In this document: in pieces, positions 18,873-27,809 of the stretch
Layout: the number at the start of each line of letters is the position of its first letter
Numbering within the stretch: the stretch's first letter is position 1
Assembly: GCA_964441745.1 (NCBI GenBank)
Contig: CAYTYR010000005.1
Coordinates: 62,001 to 109,765, forward strand
Origin: an uncultured Clostridia bacterium
Lineage (GTDB): Bacteria; CAYTYR01; UBA6262
Reading direction: 5' to 3'
Length of the DNA: 47,765 nt
Program-made: the position numbers and the translations under genes
The notes under the pieces: generated by a model
Databases searched by the model: none
Told to the model about the DNA's origin: nothing
The model's input: only the letters and a program-made list of their open reading frames with translations

Positions 18873-20651
18873 ATGACCGAACACAAAAAACTGAAAAAAT
18901 GGGTAGATGAATGCGCTAAAATGTGTCAGCCGGATAAAGTTGTCTGGCTCAATGGTTCTGAAGAGGAAAAAGTAACTTTGGAACAGCAAGCCTGTGATAC
19001 AGGTGAAATTATCCGCTTGAACCAGGAGCTGATGCCTGGCTGTCTTTATCACCGGACCGCCCCCAATGATGTGGCTCGTACCGAGGATCTTACTTTTATT
19101 TGTACCAGTAAAAAAGAAGATGCCGGCCCGAATAATAATTGGATGCTGCCGAAAGAAGCTTATCACCGGGCCAGGGAGATTTTTACCGGTTCGATGCGGG
19201 GCCGCACCATGTATGTAATTCCGTTTTCCATGGGGCCGGTAGGTTCGCCTTTCAGTAAAGTCGGGGTAGAGCTAACCGACAGTATTTATGTGGTCCTGAA
19301 TATGAGGATCATGACCAGGATCGGGACAAAAGTCTTGGACTATTTAGGTAAAACCGGGGAATTTACCAAGTGTTTGCACAGTAAGGCGCAGTTGGACATT
19401 ACCAAGCGCCTGATCCTGCATTTCCCGGAAGATAATGCGATCTGGAGCGTAGGGAGTGGTTATGGCGGAAATGTTTTGCTGGGAAAAAAATGCTTAAGTT
19501 TAAGGATTGCCAGCTATTTAGCCAGGAAAGAAAACTGGATGGCTGAGCATATGCTGATCATGGGTGTGGAAGAGCCTGGCGGCAAGATTGATTATATCGC
19601 GGCTGCGTTCCCAAGCGCCTGCGGCAAGACTAATTTAGCTATGCTTATTCCGCCTGAAGGTTTAAAAGACAAAGGTTATAAAGTCTGGACCGTAGGTGAC
19701 GATATTGCCTGGATGCGGGTAGACACCGATGGAGCACTGTGGGCGGTCAACCCGGAATCAGGTTTTTTCGGGGTAGCTCCCGGTACCAATTCCAAGACTA
19801 ATCCCAATATGATGGAAGCGATCAAGAAAAATACTATTTTCACCAATGTACTTCTTAAAATGGATGGAACAGTCTGGTGGGAAGAAGGCGATGGCCCTGT
19901 GCCTTCTGAGGGGATCGACTGGATGGGACGCCCCTGGAAACCGGGATTGAAAGACGAGAAGGGTAATATCATTAAAGGGGCGCATGCCAATAGCCGTTTT
20001 ACTGTTCCGGCCAAGCAATGTCCTTCAATTTCCTATCGCTTGGAGCATCATCACGGCGTGCCGATCTCAGCCATTGTTTTCGGCGGCCGCCGGGCTCATT
20101 TAGCGCCCCTGGTCTATGAATCTTTTAATTGGCAGCATGGGGTCTATGTTGGCGCTACTATGGCCAGTGAACGCACTGCGGCCCAGTTCGGCAAGCAGGG
20201 TGAAATAAGGCGTGACCCAATGGCCATGTTTCCGTTCTGTGGTTATAATATGGCTGATTATTTTGGGCACTGGTTAAACATGGGAGAAAAGATCGAGAAA
20301 AAACCAAAAATATTCCATGTGAACTGGTTCCGGGTAGATGAAGAAGGAAAATTTCTCTGGCCGGGATATGGCGAAAACCTGCGGGTATTGGAATGGATCC
20401 TGTCCCGCTGCCGCGGTGAAATAGACGCACAGAAGACACCGATCGGCTATGTGCCACGGCCGCAGGATATTGACCTGAATGGGTTGAAACTATCTGAAAA
20501 GACTATGGAAAAACTGGTAGCAGTTGATAAAAATGAATGGTTGGAAGAGCTGAAGGGCCATCAGCAGTTTTTCGAGCAATTTGGTGATCGTATGCCTAAA
20601 GCTATTTGGGATGAATACGAAGCCCTTAAAAAACGGCTGGATACTAAATAA
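18873..20651 (+). CDS. pckG: Phosphoenolpyruvate carboxykinase (GTP)
   Basis: GSGYGGN, LLGKKC, FPSACGKTNLAM, VGDDIAW and RRDPMAM motifs. Confidence 0.97.
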   Translation: MTEHKKLKKWVDECAKMCQPDKVVWLNGSEEEKVTLEQQACDTGEIIRLNQELMPGCLYHRTAPNDVARTEDLTFICTSKKEDAGPNNNWMLPKEAYHRAREIFTGSMRGRTMYVIPFSMGPVGSPFSKVGVELTDSIYVVLNMRIMTRIGTKVLDYLGKTGEFTKCLHSKAQLDITKRLILHFPEDNAIWSVGSGYGGNVLLGKKCLSLRIASYLARKENWMAEHMLIMGVEEPGGKIDYIAAAFPSACGKTNLAMLIPPEGLKDKGYKVWTVGDDIAWMRVDTDGALWAVNPESGFFGVAPGTNSKTNPNMMEAIKKNTIFTNVLLKMDGTVWWEEGDGPVPSEGIDWMGRPWKPGLKDEKGNIIKGAHANSRFTVPAKQCPSISYRLEHHHGVPISAIVFGGRRAHLAPLVYESFNWQHGVYVGATMASERTAAQFGKQGEIRRDPMAMFPFCGYNMADYFGHWLNMGEKIEKKPKIFHVNWFRVDEEGKFLWPGYGENLRVLEWILSRCRGEIDAQKTPIGYVPRPQDIDLNGLKLSEKTMEKLVAVDKNEWLEELKGHQQFFEQFGDRMPKAIWDEYEALKKRLDTK

Positions 20652-20683
20652 ACAGGAACTACGCCATATTTTGTATATTATTT

Positions 20684-20714
20684 AAACACCACTGCTAGCG
20701 GCAGTGGTGTTTTT
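20684..20714 (+). terminator. Intrinsic terminator after pckG
   Basis: aaacaccactgc / gcagtggtgttt stem followed by a T-run. Confidence 0.8.
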
Positions 20715-20736
20715 ATTATTTATCTTCAATTTTGTA

Positions 20737-20766
20737 TTGACAAGAAAATAGGTATTGGCGTATAAA
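20737..20766 (+). promoter_or_regulatory. Putative sigma70 promoter
   Basis: TTGACA-N18-TATAAA after the terminator and upstream of the yfcE-like gene. Confidence 0.5.
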
Positions 20767-20835
20767 TAAATCGTAGCTATCCGACTATAGAAAAGCACAC
20801 GGGCTATAATGACTGACGCATAAGTAGTAGGAGGA

Positions 20836-21393
20836 GTGGTTGTGAAGATCGGCGTGGTCAGTGACCTTCATGGAAGTCTATTAGCCTTTGAAAAAACAAT
20901 TAATCATTTCCGAGCGAAGAATGTGGAATTAATTCTGAATGCCGGCGATCTGTTTAGTTATGGGCCGCGCAATCCTTTGCCAGAGGGTTATGCGCCGGGA
21001 GACCTGGTTAGAGCCATTAACGGGCTTTCGATCCCCATGGTGATCGCCAAAGGTAATTGTGATAGCGAAGTAGACCAGGCTGCGCTTAACGTGCCTTTAT
21101 TATCGCCGTATGCCTTTGTTTATGTGGGCGGACAGCGGATTATGGTCAATCACGGGCACAAATTAACCGATGATGAAAAGATCCAATTAGCGAAAAGACT
21201 GAATATTGATATTTTTATTGTAGGCCATACGCATCTGCCAAAGCTGGAACGGTTGGAGAAAATGATCCTGCTTAATCCCGGCAGTCCGGCTTTACCGAAA
21301 GGCAGCCCGACGGCAGGAACAATTGATATTGTAGATCATGAAACGAATATAGAAATATTTAACATCGATACCGGTAATGTAGTAATGCGCTGA
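20836..21393 (+). CDS. YfcE-like metallophosphoesterase
   Basis: SDLHG, GD, GNCD, HGH, GHTH and NPGS motifs. Confidence 0.9.
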   Translation: MVVKIGVVSDLHGSLLAFEKTINHFRAKNVELILNAGDLFSYGPRNPLPEGYAPGDLVRAINGLSIPMVIAKGNCDSEVDQAALNVPLLSPYAFVYVGGQRIMVNHGHKLTDDEKIQLAKRLNIDIFIVGHTHLPKLERLEKMILLNPGSPALPKGSPTAGTIDIVDHETNIEIFNIDTGNVVMR

Positions 21394-21401
21394 ATATAAA
21401 G

Positions 21402-21479
21402 CAAATACTAAATCCTAATTTCTAAATTCTAAACAATTTTGAATTTGTTTAGTATTTAGAGTTTAGATATTCGGATTTG
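21402..21479. repeat. 7-nt periodic hairpin (AWTHCTA family)
   Basis: aatacta aatccta atttcta aattcta aac ... gtttag tatttag agtttag atattcg gattt. Confidence 0.8.
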
Positions 21480-21495
21480 TTTTAGAGGAGGCTGG

Positions 21496-22764
21496 GTGCA
21501 AACAGAAATAATTTCTATCGGGACCGAGCTCTTATTGGGCAAGGTGAATACCAATGCTAGCTATTTAAGTGAAAAAATAACCGGCATTGGCCTTAATTTA
21601 ATATATGAGACCACTGTTGGGGATAACAAAGCCAATATGGCGGAGGCTTTCCGGCAGGTTTTTAAACGAGCACAAATAGTTTTTATTACCGGCGGGTTAG
21701 GTCCGACGTTTGATGATTTAACCCGTGAGGTAATCGCAGAAGTTTTAGAGAAGAAATTGGTCTTCAGCCGGGAAGCGATGCAGTCAGTGGCTGCTTTTTT
21801 TGCCAAACGCGGGCAGGAGATGCCCAAGAAAAATGAAAAGCAGGCTTATTATTTGGAAGGAGCGCGGTTGATTCCCAATGAAATAGGTACTGCGCCCGGA
21901 CAGATCATTGAGCTGGCAAAACACCAGGATTTTACGGCGGAAACCATTATCTTGCTCCCTGGCCCCCAGTTTGAAATAGAACCAATGATGAATAAAGCGG
22001 TTTTACCTTTCCTGAAAGAGAAATATGAGCGCGGCCTGACCAAGCTGCATATTATGCACGTGGCGGGAATGAGTGAAAGCAAGGTGGATGAGGAGATCAA
22101 AGATCAAGTCGAGATAGAACGTAAGCTGGAAGGCGGCGATCTGCGCTTCGCCTTGGTAGCCCATCCGGGGATAGTAGATGTGGTTATTATCGGCTCTGGT
22201 AAAAATGAATTACTAATAGACGGATTCATTAATAAGGCCAAAAGGGAATTAAAGGAAAAGCTGGGTACTAATATCTTCGGTGAAAACGATGAATCCCTGC
22301 CACAAGTCACTGGTAACTTGCTGGGCCGCAAAAAAATGACGGTCAGTATTGCTGAAAGCTGCACTGCCGGACTGCTTAGTAAAATGATCACCGATGTTTC
22401 CGGTTCATCCATGTATTTTAAAGGCGGGGTAGTTGCCTATAATAACCTGGTTAAAAAAGAAGTATTAGGAGTATCCCTGGAAAGTCTGGAGACACAAGGC
22501 GCTGTCAGCAGGCAAGTAGCCCTGGAGATGGCCCGGGGAGTAAAGAAATTATGCCGAGCCAGTATCGGTATCGGTATTACCGGTATTGCCGGTCCTGGCG
22601 GCGGGACGCCGGAAAAACCGGTGGGATTGGTATATTGCGCCTTGGTCAGTGACCAAGGGGAACTATGTAATGAACAGCATTTTGCCGGCAATCGGCGGGG
22701 AATCAGGGAAAAAGCGGCGATCTATACTTTGGATATGCTGCGCCGGTTCTTATTGCAAGGATAA
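21496..22764 (+). CDS. cinA: CinA (MoCF-like domain plus PncC NMN deamidase)
   Basis: GTELLLG, GGLGPTFDDLT, AESCTAG and TGIAGP motifs. Confidence 0.93.
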   Translation: MQTEIISIGTELLLGKVNTNASYLSEKITGIGLNLIYETTVGDNKANMAEAFRQVFKRAQIVFITGGLGPTFDDLTREVIAEVLEKKLVFSREAMQSVAAFFAKRGQEMPKKNEKQAYYLEGARLIPNEIGTAPGQIIELAKHQDFTAETIILLPGPQFEIEPMMNKAVLPFLKEKYERGLTKLHIMHVAGMSESKVDEEIKDQVEIERKLEGGDLRFALVAHPGIVDVVIIGSGKNELLIDGFINKAKRELKEKLGTNIFGENDESLPQVTGNLLGRKKMTVSIAESCTAGLLSKMITDVSGSSMYFKGGVVAYNNLVKKEVLGVSLESLETQGAVSRQVALEMARGVKKLCRASIGIGITGIAGPGGGTPEKPVGLVYCALVSDQGELCNEQHFAGNRRGIREKAAIYTLDMLRRFLLQG

Positions 22765-22773
22765 GGAGATCGT

Positions 22774-23274
22774 ATGCTGAATATCAGGAAATGGTTAACT
22801 AAAATAATTATTGACCAGGAAATGAAGGAAAAGATCGAGTTTTTCAAAAATATCAGTATTTTTAAAGGTTTAAGCGGTTTTGATGTTGGTAAATTAGTAA
22901 CAACAATGTATGCCCGGACTTATGAAGCCAATGAGGTTATTTGCGGGGAACATGAGTTAGGCAAAGCCATCTTCATTGTCCTGAGCGGGGAAGTGGCTAT
23001 TACCCGCAAAAGCGGGCTCTTAAAAGAAGAAAAAGCCATTTCCCATTTGAAAAGCGGGGAGTGCTTTGGGGAAATGTCTTTGCTCGAAGAAAAACCGCGG
23101 TCAGGCACAGCCAGGGCCTTGATCCCTTCTCAAGTTTATATTATGTATAAATCAAATTTTGACAGTATGATCGAAAAAAATCCTAAAATAGGATTAATAG
23201 TCATCAAAAATATTGCCGTAATCCTTTCGTCCCGTTTGCGCGGGATGAACAGTGGGGGTAGGGAAAATTCGTAA
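22774..23274 (+). CDS. Stand-alone cyclic-nucleotide-binding domain protein
   Basis: GECFGEMSLL...PRSGTA phosphate-binding cassette; no HTH. Confidence 0.85.
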   Translation: MLNIRKWLTKIIIDQEMKEKIEFFKNISIFKGLSGFDVGKLVTTMYARTYEANEVICGEHELGKAIFIVLSGEVAITRKSGLLKEEKAISHLKSGECFGEMSLLEEKPRSGTARALIPSQVYIMYKSNFDSMIEKNPKIGLIVIKNIAVILSSRLRGMNSGGRENS

Positions 23275-24331
23275 CAAATATCTTTTCTTATTGGTCATAA
23301 TGGCGGTAGTGTTTTGGCTGACGTATGAGCTTAGGAGTGTCCTTTCCCCATTTATACTTTCAGTTGTCCTGGCTTATATCATGCATCCATTGATCAATTA
23401 TTATCATGCCCAAGGTTATAAAAAAGGGATAGTTATCCTGGTCCTGACCTTGATCTGCCTTTTTGTCGTAGTGGTGTCTGTGACTTTACTGCTGCCTGTT
23501 ATCATGTCCGAAGCGCATCAATTGCAGAATAAAATACCCGAAATTACGGCGCAATTTAAAACCTCGCTGGTGAAAATACAGAATTATTTGGTTACATACT
23601 ACCCTCCCGTAAAAGAGATGAATTTATCTGACCTGGCCCTGCAAAAAATAAACAGTTTTGCTTTGAGTATCCCGGCCCAGTTACCGAAAATAATCGGCAA
23701 TATTTTTAGTTTCCTTTCTCTCTATATCCTGGTACCATTTATTACTATTGCCTTATTGCTCGATGCCGACCGGTTCTCCAATTGGCTTTTCAGTATTGTC
23801 CCGAGCCGCTTAACCGAGACCGTGTTAAGCATTGTTTCTGAAATTAACCAGGTCATGCGTGATTTCCTGAACGGACAGCTCATGCGTCTTTTTTGGCTGA
23901 CCATGATCAGTATTTTTGGTTTATTATACCTGAAAGTTGATTTTGCCCTGGTCTTTGGTTTGCTGGCCGGGATTTTCAATATTATTCCTGTTTTAGGAGC
24001 TTGGCTGGGAGCTATTCCGCCCGTCTTGCTGGTCATCATGAATGGTGATTCGTCCATGGTCCTTAAGCTGATCATCCTGTTTGTCGGCATCCAAGTATTA
24101 GATAATACATTAATTTCTACCTATTACCTGTCAACCAGCGTTGACCTGCATTTTGTCCTGGTGCTGTTAGTGATCATGGTCGGGGGCAGCTATTTTGGCT
24201 TAATGGGAGTTATTTTAGGCGTACCGGTAGTCAGCATGATCAAATCAGTCATAACTATACTCTACCATGATTATCAACATAAGCAAAAACTGGCGCTGCA
24301 ACAACAAGAGCTGGTCACTGAGATAAAATAA
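23252..24331 (+). CDS. AI-2E family transporter
   Basis: LSPFILS..LAYIMHP, IPVLG and FGLMGVILGVP; multiple TM segments. Confidence 0.85.
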   Translation: MGVGKIRNKYLFLLVIMAVVFWLTYELRSVLSPFILSVVLAYIMHPLINYYHAQGYKKGIVILVLTLICLFVVVVSVTLLLPVIMSEAHQLQNKIPEITAQFKTSLVKIQNYLVTYYPPVKEMNLSDLALQKINSFALSIPAQLPKIIGNIFSFLSLYILVPFITIALLLDADRFSNWLFSIVPSRLTETVLSIVSEINQVMRDFLNGQLMRLFWLTMISIFGLLYLKVDFALVFGLLAGIFNIIPVLGAWLGAIPPVLLVIMNGDSSMVLKLIILFVGIQVLDNTLISTYYLSTSVDLHFVLVLLVIMVGGSYFGLMGVILGVPVVSMIKSVITILYHDYQHKQKLALQQQELVTEIK

Positions 24332-24343
24332 GGAGAAACGCTT

Positions 24344-24910
24344 TTGCGCATTTTTGTCGCTATAGGCATCAATGAGACGATCAGGGAGAAAGTAGTTGAA
24401 GTCCAAGAGCAGTTGAAACTGGCCAATGCCGATGTGCGCTGGGTAGCTAAGGATAATTTACATTTAACCTTGCATTTCTGCGGCGAAGTAAGTGAAAAGA
24501 AAGCGCAGGATATTATCCAGGTTTGCCGCGGTATTGCCGCTGAAACCGCTCCTTATAGCCTGGAAATTAAATATGTGGGTACTTTCCCGCCGTATGGTGA
24601 TCCGCGTATTATCTGGACTGGCGTGGAAAAGGGGCGGGATGAAGCTATTACCCTGATCGAAGTGACCAAAAGGCACCTGACCATGGTTACCGGGGTTACT
24701 GAAAAAAAGGATATTTCTCCCCATTTAACATTTGGGCGGATCAGGACCACTAAAAATATCGGTGTGCTTAGCGCCCAGTTACATAAATTTGCTAATCTTG
24801 ACTTTGGCGTACAAACAGTGGATAAGATACTGGTCATGGAAAGCAAATTAAAGCCTGCCGGGCCTGTATATTCTGTTTTGGAAGAGATCAAGCTGACGGA
24901 AAAGAAATGA
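24344..24910 (+). CDS. thpR: RNA 2',3'-cyclic phosphodiesterase (2H family)
   Basis: MRIFVA and two HLT motifs; TTG start with AAGGAG RBS. Confidence 0.9.
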   Translation: MRIFVAIGINETIREKVVEVQEQLKLANADVRWVAKDNLHLTLHFCGEVSEKKAQDIIQVCRGIAAETAPYSLEIKYVGTFPPYGDPRIIWTGVEKGRDEAITLIEVTKRHLTMVTGVTEKKDISPHLTFGRIRTTKNIGVLSAQLHKFANLDFGVQTVDKILVMESKLKPAGPVYSVLEEIKLTEKK

Positions 24911-24914
24911 TTAC

Positions 24915-24949
24915 ATCCGCGTAATCGTATTTCGGAAATCCGCGCAATC
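24915..24949. repeat. AATCCGCGYAATC 9-nt-unit repeat
   Basis: atccgcgtaatc ... aatccgcgcaatc; the 12-mer is identical to 5295-5306. Confidence 0.6.
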
Positions 24950-24999
24950 AAGGGCTGAACGATTTTGTGAAGCCCAATAAGGGAGGCGAGAAAATATTG

Positions 25000-25701
25000 A
25001 TGGCTAAAAAAATCCTCAAAGTAATGCTCGGGGTAATAGTTTTTAGTTTCATCATGCGCTCACAGATCAGTGCCATCTCCACAGCCGCGCCAACCGATTT
25101 TAGTAATTTTGATTTTAAGGAGTATTTAAGCAAACCGTGCATAGCTTTGACTTTTGATGATGGACCGCACCAGGAATTTACCAGGGAAATTTTAAAAGTC
25201 CTGGCCCAGGAAGGGGCGCAGGCCACTTTTTTCGTCGTCGGCAAGCAAATTAAAATATTCCCGGAATTACTGCAGGAAATAGCGGACAGCGGAAACGAGA
25301 TCGGCAACCATACCTATAATCATTATAATTTAACGACTCTGGATGAAACACAGGTTAATTTTGAAATTAGGAGCAATGAGGAATTAATCGAAAGGATTAC
25401 CGGCCTGAAGACGCGGTATTTTCGGCCGCCAGGAGGGCATTATAACTTCAAGGTAGTAGCAGCAGTCAAAGATAATGGCGAAGATATGGCCTTGTGGTCG
25501 ATACACTCCAGCGATACTGATCGTCCTTCATCAGAATATATCATAAAAAAAGTGCTAAGCAAAGTGGAAGACCAGAGTATTATCCTTATGCACAGTGGAG
25601 TAGAGCAAACACTGGCGGCACTGCCGCAGCTAATCCGGGAATTAAGGAAAAAAGGATACCGGTTAGTCACTTTAAGTGAACTGGACGGCAAACAATCTTG
25701 A
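25000..25701 (+). CDS. CE4 polysaccharide deacetylase (NodB-like), exported
   Basis: TFDDGP, NHTYNH, FRPPGG and ILMH; GGGAGG RBS favours a start at 24997 or 25000. Confidence 0.9.
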   Translation: MAKKILKVMLGVIVFSFIMRSQISAISTAAPTDFSNFDFKEYLSKPCIALTFDDGPHQEFTREILKVLAQEGAQATFFVVGKQIKIFPELLQEIADSGNEIGNHTYNHYNLTTLDETQVNFEIRSNEELIERITGLKTRYFRPPGGHYNFKVVAAVKDNGEDMALWSIHSSDTDRPSSEYIIKKVLSKVEDQSIILMHSGVEQTLAALPQLIRELRKKGYRLVTLSELDGKQS

Positions 25702-25724
25702 AGTAGAGGATACTACGTTGCTCT

Positions 25725-25777
25725 AATCGGTGTAATCCCTGTCCGCCTCTGGCGGAGTTTCAGAAATCTGTGTAATC
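25725..25777. repeat. AATCNGTGTAATC pair with nested CCTG-TCCGCCTCTGGCGGA
   Basis: aatcggtgtaatc [cctgtccgcctctggcgga] gtttcaga aatctgtgtaatc. Confidence 0.75.
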
Positions 25778-25802
25778 AATTCCGAGTGAAGCGAGGAATA
25801 AA

Positions 25803-26234
25803 CTGAAAAGGATAATGGGATTGGATGTCGGAGAAAAGACGATCGGAATTGCCGTCTCTGATCCATTACTGATCATGGCTCAACCGGTCACTACTATCAG
25901 GAGAACCAGCCTGGAGAAAGATTTTGCCTGTATCGCTGAAAAAATCAGAGAGTATGAGATCGGCGAGATCGTGATCGGATTGCCGCTAAATATGGATGGA
26001 AGTAGTGGCGAAAAAGTAAAAGTTGTGCTATTATTTAAAGATAAATTAGCTGCTGCAGTATCTATACCGGTCACGACTTGGGACGAACGTCTTAGCACGG
26101 TAGCCATGCAAAAAACCATGATCGAGGCTGATGTCTCCAGGTCCAAGCGCCGGCAAGTGATCGATAAATTGGCCGCTGTTTTTATTTTGCAGGGATATAT
26201 TGATTTCAAAAAAATGGGGCAAAAGAATGGATAA
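25803..26234 (+). CDS. ruvX: YqgF/RuvX pre-16S rRNA nuclease (possible CTG start; first ATG at 25815)
   Basis: GLDVG..IGIAVSD, GLP, DERLST and DKLAAVFIL motifs. Confidence 0.92.
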   Translation: MKRIMGLDVGEKTIGIAVSDPLLIMAQPVTTIRRTSLEKDFACIAEKIREYEIGEIVIGLPLNMDGSSGEKVKVVLLFKDKLAAAVSIPVTTWDERLSTVAMQKTMIEADVSRSKRRQVIDKLAAVFILQGYIDFKKMGQKNG

Positions 26235-27168
26235 AAGAAAACTATTATACCGGATCACGGTATTATTTTTATTAATCTTTTTAGTCGGCAGTATCTACTA
26301 TACTCCTTACACTGAAAGGATCGTTGTTGTCGAGCCGGGTATGACTGCCAAAGAAGTATCTTTTTTACTGAAAGAAGAGCAATTGATTACCTCCCCGTAT
26401 TTCTTCCTGGCCTATACCAGCTTAAAAAAAGCTTCAAACAAACTACGCCCGGGATGCTATAACTTTAATTCTAATATGAGTATGGGGGATATGCTGAATA
26501 AATTGTCAATAGGGGAGACCTATGGCGTAAAAGTGGTCATCCCCGAAGGATATAACAGTATGCAGATAGCCGGACTTCTTTCGATTAAGAAATTAGTGAA
26601 CCGGGACCAGTTCTTAAAAGTTGTCCGGGAAAAAGGACTGGAAGGCTATTTGTATCCAGCCACCTATGCTATTCTGCCGGGAACCAGGGCTGAAGCCATT
26701 GTCCAGATGATGGTAGAAAAATTCAACAGTGTTTTTAGTGAAAAATTGCTGAAGCAATGCAACAATTTAAGATTATCCCAGCGGCAAATATTGACGATGG
26801 CTTCTATTATTGAGAAAGAGGCTAAAAAATCTGAAGAAAAGGCTGAAATCGCCGCTGTCTTTTATAATCGCCTGCAGAAAAAATGGTTACTGGAATCATG
26901 CGCTACGGTCCAGTATGCTTTGGGCAGGAATAAGTCTGCTTTAAGTTTATCGGACCTGAAAGTAAGGTCACCGTATAATACCTACCAACATGCCGGATTA
27001 CCTCCGGGCCCGATCTGTAATCCCGGCCTGGCTTCCATTAAAGCGGCGCTTTATCCGGAAAATTCGGACAATATGTTTTTTGTCGCTAAAGGTGACGGCA
27101 CCCATAAATTTTCCCGCTATTACCGGGATCATCTCAAAGAAAAACAATTAATTAAAAAGAAATCTTAA
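26227..27168 (+). CDS. mltG: Endolytic transglycosylase
   Basis: TM anchor, IPEG, EGYLYPATY, ASIIEKE, SPYNTY and GLPPGPI. Confidence 0.93.
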   Translation: MDKRKLLYRITVLFLLIFLVGSIYYTPYTERIVVVEPGMTAKEVSFLLKEEQLITSPYFFLAYTSLKKASNKLRPGCYNFNSNMSMGDMLNKLSIGETYGVKVVIPEGYNSMQIAGLLSIKKLVNRDQFLKVVREKGLEGYLYPATYAILPGTRAEAIVQMMVEKFNSVFSEKLLKQCNNLRLSQRQILTMASIIEKEAKKSEEKAEIAAVFYNRLQKKWLLESCATVQYALGRNKSALSLSDLKVRSPYNTYQHAGLPPGPICNPGLASIKAALYPENSDNMFFVAKGDGTHKFSRYYRDHLKEKQLIKKKS

Positions 27169-27192
27169 AGACACGATTAATAGAAGAAGTAA

Positions 27193-27300
27193 GTTGTAGG
27201 TTGTGGAAGTAAGTATGGAAGTAGGAGGTAGGTTTTAAGGCTTAAACTACCTTCCTGAGACTTTAGACCAAACCTACTTCTAAACCCAACACCAAACTTC
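27193..27300. repeat. 6-nt periodic hairpin, GGAAGTA family, copy 4, between convergent genes
   Basis: GTTGTAGGTTGTGGAAGTAAGTATGGAAGTAGG ... AGACCAAACCTACTTCTAAACCCAACACC. Confidence 0.85.
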
Positions 27301-27304
27301 TCTT

Positions 27305-27805
27305 TTAGTAGGTTTTGCGACGGAAGACATCGGTTTTCAGGGAGGTGATCCGGTCCAGGAAGAGAATGCCGTCCAAATGGTCGATTTCATGCTGCAATAC
27401 CACTGCTTCAAATCCTTCAGCTTCTATTTTTTGCGGGATCTCATCACTATCCAGTCCTTCTACAACAACTGAAACAGCTCGTTTTATATTCCCGGTATAA
27501 TCAGGCAGGCTTAAACATCCTTCGCGTGTTACTTGTTCACCTGACCGGTGCGTAATCACCGGATTGATCAGAACCAGGTTCCCGTGATGTTTGCATGGTT
27601 TGCGGCTGCGGGAACAGTCGACTACTACGATCCGCAAAAGGGTACCTGCTTGCGGCGCCGCCAGCCCGACGCAAAAAGAATGAGCCATTAAAGTATCCTG
27701 CATATCTTTGATGAGCTTTTCAACACCAGGTATTTCTTGGTGCAGCGCAGCGCAAGGAGTTTTTAGAATGGGATTTGGATACTGGATGATCGGCAAGATT
27801 GACAT
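27305..27805 (-). CDS. def: Peptide deformylase
   Basis: GLAAPQ, EGCLS and QHEIDH motifs; likely start MSILPI. Confidence 0.93.
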   Translation of the reverse strand: MSILPIIQYPNPILKTPCAALHQEIPGVEKLIKDMQDTLMAHSFCVGLAAPQAGTLLRIVVVDCSRSRKPCKHHGNLVLINPVITHRSGEQVTREGCLSLPDYTGNIKRAVSVVVEGLDSDEIPQKIEAEGFEAVVLQHEIDHLDGILFLDRITSLKTDVFRRKTY

Positions 27806-27809
27806 AGGA

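Noticed and set aside
20770-20830. GCACAC...GACGCA as a c-di-GMP-I riboswitch
   Set aside because: No paired stem with GNRA loop and no second hairpin
6530-27300. Repeats as a CRISPR array
   Set aside because: Copies are dispersed and degenerate, with no repeat-spacer alternation and no cas1/cas2
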